Source: an uncultured candidate division Zixibacteria bacterium
Lineage (GTDB): Bacteria; Zixibacteria; MSB-5A5; UBA10806; 4484-95
Assembly: GCA_963668625.2 (NCBI GenBank)
Contig: CAXXKA010000006.1
Span: 576,001-640,000, forward strand
Reading direction: 5' to 3'
Length of the DNA stretch: 64,000 nucleotides
Each line of letters begins with the position of its first letter. Position 1 is the first letter of the stretch. Below the pieces are notes generated by a model. It saw nothing but the letters and a program-made list of their open reading frames with translations. It was not told where the DNA came from and searched no databases. The translations under genes were made by a program, and so were the position numbers. Of this stretch, positions 8,273 through 18,435 are shown piece by piece.

Positions 8273-9931
8273 TTACAAAAACATCAGCACAATAATCTGA
8301 GCTAAAAATACTCGAAGGAACATCACCAGCGGGTACACAGTGGCGTATGCGGTCGATTGTGCCTGTACCGGGGCGATGGAATTGGAATACTCCAGAGCCG
8401 GGGGATCGGTCATGGAACCGGCTAAAAGCCCGCATATCGATAGATAGTTTAGATTAATCATTCTCGCTATTATCCCTATAATGATAAGTGGTAAAAACGT
8501 TATGATTGCTCCGTAAAACATCCAGATATAGCCGCCCGTAGCGATAGTATGAACGAAATCTTTTCCCGAGGATAAGCCAACACATGCCAAAAACAGGGTG
8601 ATCCCGAGTTCCCTGATAAACAGATTTGCGCCGGGAGTCATGTAAAAATCTATCTTGCCAATTCGTCCTTTATACCCCAGGAACAAGGCGACTAAAAGCG
8701 GTCCACCGGCCAGCCCAAGCCTGGCGGGAGCCGGAAACCACGGAATTTCGATAGGGATATTGCCTATTATCACGCCTGCCATTATACCGATCAAGATAGG
8801 CAGTATATTGGGATGCGACAGTTCGGCCATAGAGTTACCCAGAAGTTTAGCAACTGCAGTTAATGATTTTCTTTCTCCTACTATACGCACGGTATCGCCG
8901 AATTCGATACTGTCGCTATCATGAGGCATAATTTCCAACCCGGCGCGGAATATCCGGGTGATATTAGCCGGGAATCGCCGCGATATACCGATCTCTTTAA
9001 TCGATTTCCCAGCCAACTCCTTATTCGTTATAATTACGTGTCTCATTCCCAGTCTGCCGGTAATTTCCAGATCACCGGTTTTACTCACCGGTCCGACTTT
9101 TATCTCCAGTTCCGATAAATGTGCCTCCGATGATACTCCGTAAAGTATATCTCCCTGTTTAATCGGTGATTGTTCATCAGGTATACAAAATTCACCGTCC
9201 CGGAATATTCGCGCCAGTACGAATTCACCATCCAGAGCCGTTTTTATAAATGATACCGGTTTACCGAAAAGCGCCGGATTGGCCACTTTCGCGTTAACAG
9301 CATTTAACTTGCCGGTAATTCCTGAGAGTTCATTGATAAACTTTTCGGTTTCTTTATTGATGGATATACGGTAAATCCATCGCAAGATCAGCATTGCCAG
9401 AATTATCCCCAGAATACCGAACGGATATGCTACGGCATAACCCATACCGGTAAGCTGTGTCGCTTGTGCCGGGTTGGCTATTTGTTCGGTGAGTATTTGC
9501 TGTGTCGCGCCGAGGCTGGGAGTATTGGTTACCGCACCGCACATGATACCGGCGATAGCGGCAACCGGCACATTCTGAACTATTTTTATGACAATGGCGA
9601 TTATAAATCCAAGCAGCACGATACCTGAAGCCAGCAAGTTTATCTTAAGGCCGTTTTTCCTCAACGAGGATAAAAATCTGGGGCCTATTTCCAGGCCGAT
9701 CGAATACACGAACAGTATTAGTCCGAACTCCCTGATAAAGAATAGTAATTCATAGTTGGCGCTTAAGCCGAAATGACCTGCTATCAAGCCGGTAAAAAGT
9801 ACTCCTGCTATACCGAGCTTTATTTTGAATATCTTTATTTGCCCTATTATTACACCGGTGATACCGATTAATCCCAGAAACATGAGAGTGGAGGCGGTTG
9901 AGGTTTGAGTGAATAACTTTAATACTTCCAT
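8273..9931 (-). CDS. YidE/AspT family transporter with two TrkA-C domains
   Basis: FVYSIGLEIGP, GAVTNTPSLG, YAVAYPFG, LAGSMTDPPAL, YATVYP motifs. Confidence 0.9.
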   Translation of the reverse strand: MEVLKLFTQTSTASTLMFLGLIGITGVIIGQIKIFKIKLGIAGVLFTGLIAGHFGLSANYELLFFIREFGLILFVYSIGLEIGPRFLSSLRKNGLKINLLASGIVLLGFIIAIVIKIVQNVPVAAIAGIMCGAVTNTPSLGATQQILTEQIANPAQATQLTGMGYAVAYPFGILGIILAMLILRWIYRISINKETEKFINELSGITGKLNAVNAKVANPALFGKPVSFIKTALDGEFVLARIFRDGEFCIPDEQSPIKQGDILYGVSSEAHLSELEIKVGPVSKTGDLEITGRLGMRHVIITNKELAGKSIKEIGISRRFPANITRIFRAGLEIMPHDSDSIEFGDTVRIVGERKSLTAVAKLLGNSMAELSHPNILPILIGIMAGVIIGNIPIEIPWFPAPARLGLAGGPLLVALFLGYKGRIGKIDFYMTPGANLFIRELGITLFLACVGLSSGKDFVHTIATGGYIWMFYGAIITFLPLIIIGIIARMINLNYLSICGLLAGSMTDPPALEYSNSIAPVQAQSTAYATVYPLVMFLRVFLAQIIVLMFL

Positions 9932-10213
9932 TGCTACCTTTTTATTCTCGAAACGGTTAATTTAACCATTTTATTGATTATCTTTTCTATTTTCGGGCGG
10001 TAGATAATATTATGTTATTCTAAAAGCAAGCTTATTGTCGGATTTTATATATATATCGATACAATACAGTCGAATGGTAAATATATTGGTAATGGATTGG
10101 ATACTTATAAAAAAAAGTGTAGTGTTCGCCAGACTGATGACCAATAGAGTTAAAAGTCTGAGCCGACAACTAGTATAGCTGCCGGCTGATATTTAATGGT
10201 TTAATACTTATAT

Positions 10214-10924
10214 TTATTCCGGCTTCCAGACCTCCCATACTTTTCCTACCAGGTGCGGTCCGGGTTTTAGGGTAGGTTTACCCGGTTCCCATTCGGCGGG
10301 GCAAGCCTCGGCGCCTTTGGTTTTACGAACATGCTGGAATGCCTGTATTTGTCTTATTGTTTCGCTTATCTTTCTGCCAACCGGGGGAGTCATGATCTCC
10401 GCCGCCTGAATTACGCCATCGGGATCGATTATAAACCGTCCCCTTATATTTACGCCGTTTATTTCATCATAAACACCATACACTTTGCCAAGATTACCGG
10501 CGCCATCGGCAATCATAGGCCAGGGAATGCCGTCTTTTGTCATTTTCTTCAGCTCTTCCTCTTCCCAGACTTTATGGCTGAAGATACTGTCAGTTGATAC
10601 GGAAAGAACCTCTACACCCAGTTTTTGAAGTTGATCGAATTTACCGGCGACCGCCGATAATTCTGTCGGTCAGACGAAAGTGAAATCACCTGGGTAGAAA
10701 CAGAGTAAAACCCATTTACCCAGATGCTCTGAGAGTTTGACACTGGTAAATTGGCCTTTGTGATAGGCCGGCGCCTCGAAATCGGGCGCCTGTCCGCCGA
10801 CTCTTGCTTTTTCCATGGATACCTCGCTTGTTTGATTTTCATCTTTTTGCGAATTCCCTTTATCGGGCGATCCGCCAAGTACTTTTCCCGTAGGTTTAGC
10901 GCATCCTACTGGCTCATCCGCCAT
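10214..10924 (-). CDS. prxU: Selenocysteine-containing AhpC-type peroxiredoxin (236 aa, Sec at TGA 10670-10672)
   Basis: The two track ORFs are in one frame; reads [15 protein letters not shown], with TGA at the peroxidatic Cys position; resolving EACPAEW; SECIS-like hairpin follows. Confidence 0.9.
10637..10663 (-). promoter_or_regulatory. Bacterial SECIS-like element
   Basis: mRNA GAAUU-AUCGGC-GGUC-GCCGGU-A-AAUUC; G-starting loop begins 17 nt after the UGA. Confidence 0.75.
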
Positions 10925-11189
10925 GTTTACCTCCTTATTCGGCAGATTTACGTTATGTCAGGGATTTCCGAAGAAATCCTTTATAACGGTATGAGTATAA
11001 TTTAAATGTCCGCTTATTTCAATATTGAGAATATTTAAGTTATTCTTTGGTCAATGAGCATTGAGCGGAAAAGCGAATTACTCGATGTTCACCGTTCTCA
11101 CGATCGAATGGGGGAGACTCGATTAAGGCAACCGCACTGGTCATTTAGGGAATTTATCGATATAATATAAAATATCTTAATTATTCAAC

Positions 11190-11218
11190 TTGACGGGGCT
11201 TGTGTCGAATATTATATT
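11190..11218 (+). promoter_or_regulatory. sigma70 promoter of the tRNA operon
   Basis: TTGACG-17 nt-TATATT followed by a GC-rich discriminator (AGCCGCCG). Confidence 0.65.
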
Positions 11219-11300
11219 AGCCGCCGTTGTAATATTTGATCTTTAATAAGAAAATACGTTGGTTTGGTGTTTGATACATTCCAAATCCGGAACGATTTTG

Positions 11301-11373
11301 GCCGGAGTAGCTCAGATGGTAGAGCAGCTGATTTGTAATCAGCCGGTCGGGGGTTCGAGTCCCTTCTCCGGCT
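11301..11373 (+). tRNA. tRNA-Thr(TGT)
   Basis: Cloverleaf; anticodon arm GCTGA-tt TGT aa-TCAGC; GTTCGAGT T-loop; CCA not encoded. Confidence 0.95.
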
Positions 11374-11445
11374 TTGGATTGTATTTTAGGGTGACCGGAA
11401 GATTTACCGCCTATTCAACTCTAACATCAACAACCCCAAGATAAT

Positions 11446-11527
11446 GGAGGGGTTCCCGAGTGGCCAAAGGGAACAGACTGTAAATCTGTCGGCTCAGCCT
11501 TCGGAGGTTCGAATCCTCCCCCCTCCA
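11446..11527 (+). tRNA. tRNA-Tyr(GTA)
   Basis: GGAGGGG/CCCCTCC acceptor stem; ACAGA-ct GTA aa-TCTGT; long variable arm; CCA not encoded. Confidence 0.95.
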
Positions 11528-11759
11528 TGTTTTTTATGTCTTAAATCCAGATAGAATCAGAATATTTCGATATCAATATAGAGTGGATGTAATAGCGCTT
11601 ATTTTATCTACTTAAGCTATCCATTGATTCTTACTGCATATAGGAGGAAAAAATCGCTTGTTATTTTCAGGAAAAATCATATATTTATAACGAATGGTGC
11701 AGTACACTTTTACCTCTAGGAGTGTTTGAGAATAAAATAAAGAGTTATTTGGAGGAGTT

Positions 11760-12596
11760 ATGCCGCGGCTATTTATCATATTGACAGTTATAGTTGTATT
11801 TGCTTTATCCTCGTTTGCTCAGGATCCCGGAGTACCCGACAGTGTTATCATCGGTACGGTTGCTATCGAGCCCGGTGTGCCCTCCGTGATGTTGCCGATC
11901 TATGTTGTCAATGATGAGCCTGTAGAGCAATTCGTACTACCGTTCGAGTGGGAGTCCTCCGATGGTAATATACATCCCGCCAGAGCTTTTTATTTTAACA
12001 CACTTCTTCAATGGGATGAGACATTCGATACTTTAAACACGAACACGAATCATATTATCCTGACCGGCACCAACGATACCGGTGAGGATACTAACCCGAC
12101 TTTAAACACGGGGCTTGAACGCGAACTGGTCGCGCTAATCAGGATCGTGATTGACGAGGAGGCTATCGAGCAGGTAATGGAAATGCGTATGACTTTCGAT
12201 GGCGATTACGGCCAGCCCTCATTTTATTATAATGGCATGGATAACCTGATGCCGGTGGTTAGCTCCGGAGCAGTCATATATCAGCATGTCGGGATCGAGA
12301 GTCAGGTTGAATTGCCCAACGATTACAATCTTTCTCAGAATTACCCCAACCCGTTCAATATGCACACCGAGATCGCATTCACCGTTCCCCAGGCGGGGGA
12401 TATAAGCCTGGAGATTTACGATATACTTGGCAGGAAAATCAGAACGCTGGTTTCGGCCAACTACGCGGCGGGATTTTATTCGGCCACCTGGGATGGTTGT
12501 GAGGATTCGGGGGAGACTGTCTCCTCGGGTATGTATTTCTACAAGCTGAAATCAGCCGACAGCGAGATTGTCAAGAAGATGACGTTGGTGAAGTAA
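11760..12596 (+). CDS. Secreted protein, cohesin-like beta domain plus T9SS-A/FlgD-Ig-like C-terminal domain
   Basis: Signal peptide (SFA|QDPG); LSQNYPNPFN...IYDILGRKI...WDG...SGMYFYKL. Confidence 0.8.
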   Translation: MPRLFIILTVIVVFALSSFAQDPGVPDSVIIGTVAIEPGVPSVMLPIYVVNDEPVEQFVLPFEWESSDGNIHPARAFYFNTLLQWDETFDTLNTNTNHIILTGTNDTGEDTNPTLNTGLERELVALIRIVIDEEAIEQVMEMRMTFDGDYGQPSFYYNGMDNLMPVVSSGAVIYQHVGIESQVELPNDYNLSQNYPNPFNMHTEIAFTVPQAGDISLEIYDILGRKIRTLVSANYAAGFYSATWDGCEDSGETVSSGMYFYKLKSADSEIVKKMTLVK

Positions 12597-12625
12597 GTAA
12601 TTAAATTCACTTAAAGAAGATTATT

Positions 12626-12654
12626 AACCGGTGCTCTCAGCATCGGTTTTTTTT
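12626..12654. terminator. Intrinsic terminator
   Basis: AACCGGTGCT-ctc-AGCATCGGTT followed by a T-run, between convergent genes. Confidence 0.7.
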
Positions 12655-13399
12655 ACGTCGCAAAAGCCGCCATTACATCCTGCAAAATATGCGCTACTAT
12701 GCAGGGGATAAGCGAGCCGCGAGCATAAAATAGAAGCGAGAACATTCCGCCATAAATTGCTATTAGAATCACTCCGGACCATCCCTGGTAAAGATGACCT
12801 ATACCGAAACATAGCGAGCCTAATATCACACCCGGCCAGATCGAGCCGGTCAGTATCTCCATCCGGGTTAGTACGAATCCGCGGAATGCCAGTTCCTCGG
12901 CCACGCCGGCGCTGATCGATAGGATTATCCAGAACACTTTCTCGGGGCCTGTTCGGGGTAGAAGATAGCTGATATCCTCGGTGCTGAAAATATCGTAGCT
13001 GCCGAGTATGTTGGATAGAAAATTCAAAACGATTATCGCCGAAAATAAAAATATCACCCCGATAGCGAAATTCTTCCAGTGCAAATCAGCTTTTCTTATA
13101 CCTATGCCGGCCAGGTTTTCTCGTCTGTTCCATTGTATACCATCCTGTTTTAACGGCGCATAAAATAAAGCTAGCAGGATGGATAGTAATATTACCATCT
13201 GAAATGCCAGGCCGGGCAGATAGATTTGGACGATTCGAGACACTATCTCGACCTCGCCGGGCGGATTGATATAGTTCATTATCAGAGTCAGCAATGGGTA
13301 GCCGATCATGATTAGAAGCAGTAATATTTTCTGTGGTTTTGGAATGTATATTTTTCCGGGCGCTAATTCACCGGAGATATCATTTTCGTTTTCTCTCAT
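12653..13399 (-). CDS. CPBP (Abi/CAAX) family intramembrane metalloprotease
   Basis: EELAFRG, FGIGHLYQG, AHILQD motifs. Confidence 0.9.
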   Translation of the reverse strand: MRENENDISGELAPGKIYIPKPQKILLLLIMIGYPLLTLIMNYINPPGEVEIVSRIVQIYLPGLAFQMVILLSILLALFYAPLKQDGIQWNRRENLAGIGIRKADLHWKNFAIGVIFLFSAIIVLNFLSNILGSYDIFSTEDISYLLPRTGPEKVFWIILSISAGVAEELAFRGFVLTRMEILTGSIWPGVILGSLCFGIGHLYQGWSGVILIAIYGGMFSLLFYARGSLIPCIVAHILQDVMAAFAT

Positions 13400-13473
13400 G
13401 ATTAAATTTACTTTATCAAAGGAGTAATAACAACGAGGAAATAATAAAACCTATTGCACAAAACTATGCTTAT

Positions 13474-15798
13474 TTACTCGAACATCATTTTGATTTGTTG
13501 CCATTCAGGATCGTTACGAAGTTCGTTTTGAGTCGTGATATCGGCGCTTTTCTTGAATTTATCGTAATATTTCTTGGTATTCTTTTTATCATCCAGCTTG
13601 TTATAAGATTTAGCGATAAAGGCATACGGTTTAGCATCGGCGAAATTCAGTTCCTGTAACTGCTGATAAGCATCAATAGCGCTGGAGTAGTTACCGGCTT
13701 TATAGTAGGCCTCGCCCAGCTTATAGTATCCGTTCAGATGGCGGCGGTCGACCTCGACGACTTTATTGAAATCCTGGGCGGCCCGAAAATACTGCCCCTG
13801 GCTCAAGAAGATGATCCCGCGTTTGTAGCGCGCGGTTAAGTAGTTGGGATTGATCCCCAGTACGCCATCAAGAGCCTCGAGCAAAGTTTCGGTGTCGTTC
13901 CTGTCGTTGGCTATTTTTATGCCATCCAGAAATCCGGCCAGGGCATTGTCATTTTGCCCGATAGCTTTAAGACATCTGGCACGACCCAGAACCGCCTCGA
14001 TGTTGTTTTTATTCGAGGAAACTAGTTTCTTGTAAATTTTAAGAGCCTCGGAGTATTTACCCTGTTCTTCGAGATCAGCAGCGGTTTCATCCTCTGTTTT
14101 CTCCTCGACTTTCTGTTTTTTCCCTCTTTTGGCTAACTCTATTTTATAAGGTTTTATTTGATCCTCGGGGATCCTGACGGTAATCGATTTATTACTGTAG
14201 CCATCATGCTTTACCGTAACGCGATGCCTTCCCGCCGACACTCTGAATGTCTGGGTTCCCTGTCCGAGGTATTTACCATCGAGATAAACTTTCGATTTAG
14301 AGGGGGAGAGGTTCAGTTTCATGAATCCTGGTTTTAGCTCACGGGGAGTTTCCGCGACGGAAATATCACGGGTCGTACGATTGTTGCTGGAGATCACGGG
14401 CGTCTCGTTTTCTGGAAGAGATAATGTCAGTGTACTGGTTTTACCCTCGAGCACCGTCATTCTCTCGGCAACCACTCCTATACCGTCCTCCAGGTATTCG
14501 ATAGTATAGTTTCCGGGAGCGATATTTTCGAAGACGAAAAAGCCGGCGTAACTGGTCTCGACGGTTTTATCCAACTCTTTTATGGATACGATAGCCTTAG
14601 GTACCGCCGAACCGGTATTCGGATCAACAAGTATTCCGGCAATCTGGCCGTCATCCACGGGTATGAAACTGGCTGCTATTAAGATAACAAGAATAGCTAT
14701 TACGCCGATGGCGCTGAAAATCGCTACCCTGGGGATTTTAGAAAATGTCGATTTAATCAACGATTCGGGTTTCTCGCGTATCTCGAATGCTTTATCCTCG
14801 ATTATGATTTGCTGACCTGTTTTGGGCTTGAAACCACCGGTGAAACTGACATTATTACCATTTAAATAGGCGATTCCCGCGGTAAAAGTTGGCGAGGGGG
14901 ATTGCTTAACTCTTTCGAGCAATTCTTTATCGAGCTCTGGTTGTTTTTTTTCAGTTTGAATTTCATCCATAAGCCCGTTCTGGTTTGTCGTGAAATCCTC
15001 AGGCTCTTTGTCGATGTCCTCGATACTCATAGGGGCGCCGCTCATTCCGGTTCTGTGGGTGGCTTTCTGGCTAATAGTTTCCTCCGGTTGATCGTTTTCA
15101 GGCCGGCTCGTTTCGGGCATCGGAGGGTGCGCCAATTGAGGATTAATTATAATCTTCTTGGTCAGAGGAGAATCCTCGTTGAATTCATCCTGTTCCTCGA
15201 TCGGTTTCACGGCGTTTTCCTGGGGAAGAATTTCCGGCATGGTGGAGAAATCGGAATCATCGGCAATATTAATCTCAGGTCCGTTCTCCGTTTGCTCCAT
15301 AGTTATGCGGATTTCCTCATCCTGACCGAGCAGGGGATCGGTATCTATGCTATCATCGCCGAAATCAACCTCATCGTCCTGATTATCCTTGAAATATTTT
15401 TCCTCGCTGAAAGTACCTTTCGGTTGCTCATCGGGAGTTACCAGGCCAGGAACGGAGTCGCTATCGAAATTCACCTCTTTGATTTCAAAATCAGGGTCAC
15501 TGTCACGCGTTTCCTGTTCTAAAATATCATCGTTTAATGCCTGAATATTTTCAGTCGGAAATGATTCCTCAGTTGCAGCCGGCTTTTTCCTGGTTTCAAG
15601 CATGATATTGCTATCATGTCGCCTGGCAGTACGAGGTTGACTTCGTGTGGATGCCTGATCACTGTTGCTATTTTGCCCCTGTGAGCTTTTCTGATTATCG
15701 CTCACTTGTGGCTCTTCATCTAAAGGAGCCAGACAGAATTTACAGTATCCGGTATCATTGTTCTCATTACCGGCACCGCATTTATTACAAATCGCCAA
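13474..15798 (-). CDS. Bitopic protein: zinc ribbon, acidic linker, TM, carboxypeptidase-regulatory-like domain, PEGA, TPRs
   Basis: CNKCG...CKFC; long D/E-rich region; one TM; G.FVF.NI.PG.Y; VYLDG.YLG; C-terminal TPR helices; TTG start. Confidence 0.75.
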   Translation of the reverse strand: MAICNKCGAGNENNDTGYCKFCLAPLDEEPQVSDNQKSSQGQNSNSDQASTRSQPRTARRHDSNIMLETRKKPAATEESFPTENIQALNDDILEQETRDSDPDFEIKEVNFDSDSVPGLVTPDEQPKGTFSEEKYFKDNQDDEVDFGDDSIDTDPLLGQDEEIRITMEQTENGPEINIADDSDFSTMPEILPQENAVKPIEEQDEFNEDSPLTKKIIINPQLAHPPMPETSRPENDQPEETISQKATHRTGMSGAPMSIEDIDKEPEDFTTNQNGLMDEIQTEKKQPELDKELLERVKQSPSPTFTAGIAYLNGNNVSFTGGFKPKTGQQIIIEDKAFEIREKPESLIKSTFSKIPRVAIFSAIGVIAILVILIAASFIPVDDGQIAGILVDPNTGSAVPKAIVSIKELDKTVETSYAGFFVFENIAPGNYTIEYLEDGIGVVAERMTVLEGKTSTLTLSLPENETPVISSNNRTTRDISVAETPRELKPGFMKLNLSPSKSKVYLDGKYLGQGTQTFRVSAGRHRVTVKHDGYSNKSITVRIPEDQIKPYKIELAKRGKKQKVEEKTEDETAADLEEQGKYSEALKIYKKLVSSNKNNIEAVLGRARCLKAIGQNDNALAGFLDGIKIANDRNDTETLLEALDGVLGINPNYLTARYKRGIIFLSQGQYFRAAQDFNKVVEVDRRHLNGYYKLGEAYYKAGNYSSAIDAYQQLQELNFADAKPYAFIAKSYNKLDDKKNTKKYYDKFKKSADITTQNELRNDPEWQQIKMMFE

Positions 15799-15846
15799 AA
15801 TTTCCCCCTAAGTTTATTTAACTTTAAAGCAAGGGTTACGATACGA

Positions 15847-15873
15847 TTATCGTCAATATTAATAACCTCTTTA
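15847..15873 (-). promoter_or_regulatory. sigma28-like promoter
   Basis: TAAA-15 nt-GACGATAA on the minus strand ~50 nt upstream of the start. Confidence 0.55.
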
Positions 15874-16017
15874 TTTATTAACACAGTTTAAGGCGTTGCG
15901 AATGGGAATGATTACGGATTTTCGATACAATTACTCAGGCGACATTATCATCAGTATGTAAAGTAAACCTTGACAGAAGGTGGAAAATTAGTATCATTAT
16001 AATGGGAGTAGAAACAA

Positions 16018-17619
16018 ATGCGCTATATCCTTATCTACTTGTTTTTATTGAACATTTTTATAGCTCATGATAACGGTCAATTGTTAAGAATCGAAACGAT
16101 CCTGGATTTGTCCGCGCCCGGCGGCGTAGATAATGAATGCACTATTATGATAATAAGCGGCCGGGCTACTGATGATGGCCGGCCTATTCTTTGGAAAAAC
16201 CGCGATGTCACCGAGCCGGATCAGCGTTACCTGTATATCGAACCTATGGATTATCACGGGCAGTCTACGTATGGATTCACCGGTAATTTCTATACCTCCG
16301 ATTCGACCCGTTGTTTCATGGGAGTTAATGAAACGGGATTTGCAATAATCAACGCCAATTGCTATAACCTCCCGGACTCGCGTATCGATGGAATCGATGA
16401 TGGCGATTTGATGACCCTTGCCTTGAAATGGTGTTCTGCCATCGAGGATTGGGAGCATATCCTCGAGACCAGCGGAATTTATGGCAGGCGCGATTGCTGG
16501 TTATTCGGTGTAATCGACAGTTCGGGCGCGGCCAGGCTTTATGAGTGCGGCAATACGAGCTATACGGTATATGATGCCAACAATTTCATTCATGCTCCGG
16601 ATGGCTACCTGTTACGATCGGTGTTCGCTTTATCGGGATCCGAACCATCCAGGGGTGTTCCCCGCTACGAGCGAGCGAAACATCTGCTGGAATACTATAC
16701 CGAAAATAATTACCTTAACGTAAAATATATACTCCAGAAATTAGCCCGAGATTTTTCGTTAGGTTCCGACAACGAATACTCGCACAACGATCCCTATCCG
16801 CTGCCATATTATGGACATCAGGACACACTACCTGCAGGATGTGTGATTACCGAGGAAACCATTAATCGTTATAAGACCCGTTCGTGTTCGGTTATACGAG
16901 GAGTTCTTCAGGATGAGAATCCTCGTCTGGCAACGATGTATGCTATTCTGGGACAACCTGTTTTATCGATGGCGGTGCCACTCTGGGTAGGCTCTGAATA
17001 TGTGCCGTTTTGTTTACGAGGCAATGAACAGGCTCCCTGGTATTCGCTTATCTCGCAAAGGATGAACGATATATATCCATTTGATAGCGACAATGGGGAT
17101 GTGATAATGAATTCTCATTACCTTCTCGATTCATTAGGGCAAGGCGTATATTCCTGGTCGCTCGAACTGGAAGAATGGGGGCTATCCGAGGCCGAAACTA
17201 AACTGAATGCCTGGCGTGAGTCTGAATTCAGCGCACTTGATATTCGGCAGGGAGAGATAGAGATAGTGAATGAGCTATGGAATGGATTTGTTGCTCAGGG
17301 AGATATTTTATTTTCGGGATTGGATGATAACAATGAATTGCCCGAATTAATTGAAGCAAATAATTATCCTAATCCGTTTAACCTGAAAACCGTAATATCA
17401 TTCACATTAGCCGGAAACTCCGATGTCAATCTCGAGGTGTATGATATTCTTGGACGCAAAGTCAGGGATCTGATAAACACCCGCCTGGAGTCTGGTAGTC
17501 ATAAGGTTATATGGGATGGCATGAACGAAAAAGGCGAGGTTGTTTCTACCGGTGTTTATTTCTATCGTCTAACATACGGCGATAAACAAGAAATAAAGCC
17601 TATGACGCTTTTGAAGTAA
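16018..17619 (+). CDS. Secreted Ntn-hydrolase (peptidase C45-like) with a C-terminal sorting domain
   Basis: E|CT nucleophile, DGRPILWKNRD, MGVNETGF..IN; NYPNPFN C-terminal domain. Confidence 0.75.
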   Translation: MRYILIYLFLLNIFIAHDNGQLLRIETILDLSAPGGVDNECTIMIISGRATDDGRPILWKNRDVTEPDQRYLYIEPMDYHGQSTYGFTGNFYTSDSTRCFMGVNETGFAIINANCYNLPDSRIDGIDDGDLMTLALKWCSAIEDWEHILETSGIYGRRDCWLFGVIDSSGAARLYECGNTSYTVYDANNFIHAPDGYLLRSVFALSGSEPSRGVPRYERAKHLLEYYTENNYLNVKYILQKLARDFSLGSDNEYSHNDPYPLPYYGHQDTLPAGCVITEETINRYKTRSCSVIRGVLQDENPRLATMYAILGQPVLSMAVPLWVGSEYVPFCLRGNEQAPWYSLISQRMNDIYPFDSDNGDVIMNSHYLLDSLGQGVYSWSLELEEWGLSEAETKLNAWRESEFSALDIRQGEIEIVNELWNGFVAQGDILFSGLDDNNELPELIEANNYPNPFNLKTVISFTLAGNSDVNLEVYDILGRKVRDLINTRLESGSHKVIWDGMNEKGEVVSTGVYFYRLTYGDKQEIKPMTLLK

Positions 17620-17645
17620 TAGTTTTTCTATATATAGTATTGTTG

Positions 17646-17670
17646 AAGCCTCGCCGACGCGGGGCTTTTT
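17646..17670 (+). terminator. Intrinsic terminator
   Basis: AAGCCTCGC-cgac-GCGGGGCTT followed by Ts. Confidence 0.7.
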
Positions 17671-17849
17671 GTGTATGATATACATGGTCTGGATATTTTT
17701 CGCAGACTATAGGATATTCCCCATACATTCTTTATTTAGTCCAATAATTACAATACAAATCTCCTTAACATTAAAAACAATGCCCCGTTGATGGCTTTAT
17801 AACTCGTTAATATATTGTCGCTTACAGTTTGTATTAATAGGCCTCGGGA

Positions 17850-17865
17850 TGGCATTACTATTGCT
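17850..17865 (+). promoter_or_regulatory. sigma54 promoter (-24/-12)
   Basis: TGGCAT-TACTA-TTGCT upstream of the pilin genes. Confidence 0.7.
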
Positions 17866-17892
17866 AAATACAGGGGTATGATGAAAGGATTA

Positions 17893-18390
17893 ATGAAAAA
17901 TAAAGGACATGTGATAGTGAAACTTCTGGTTTCGCTGATTTCTGTTTCGGCGATTTGTACGGCCTTTTTGAATGTGCAACTTAACGCTCGCCAGCAGGTC
18001 TATTACGAGGATTTATCCAGTTTGATGTCGATGCAGGCGCGATCCGCATTTGACCGTCTGAGTTACCACGTGAAGCTAGCCGGATACGCTAATACCGATT
18101 ACAAAAAGCCATTGGAGATTATCGAGGGTTCGGAATCGGATACTTTGAGAGTCTGGCATAATGATGTTGAAATAATCTTTTATGTGGACCGTAATTTAGA
18201 TGCTGGCACATTATGCGAACAGATTGATGGTGCAGATCGGGAAATCGTAAATGGTGTGAAATCGCTAAGAATCGAGCGTCCCAAGTATGACCTGATAACC
18301 GTAGAGATGGAGTTATCGCAAAGCGATAAAAACGAATCGAATAAGATCGTATCCCGAAGCTATTCTACGTCAATCAGGCTTGATAATTAA
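17893..18390 (+). CDS. Minor pilin-like (PilW/GspJ-like) protein with an atypical N-terminus
   Basis: MKNKG|HVIVKLLV followed by a hydrophobic helix and a ...VKLAGY motif; start chosen after AAGGA and the sigma54 promoter. Confidence 0.55.
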   Translation: MKNKGHVIVKLLVSLISVSAICTAFLNVQLNARQQVYYEDLSSLMSMQARSAFDRLSYHVKLAGYANTDYKKPLEIIEGSESDTLRVWHNDVEIIFYVDRNLDAGTLCEQIDGADREIVNGVKSLRIERPKYDLITVEMELSQSDKNESNKIVSRSYSTSIRLDN

Positions 18391-18435
18391 ATAATAAAGA
18401 AAGCATAAAATCGAAAGATAAGACAGAGGTGAGAT

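Noticed and set aside
10214-10924. Peroxiredoxin pseudogene split by a nonsense mutation
   Set aside because: The stop is TGA exactly at the catalytic Cys, a SECIS-like hairpin follows, and the frame is otherwise intact.
11259-11444. 61-aa ORF
   Set aside because: Overlaps tRNA-Thr; spurious.
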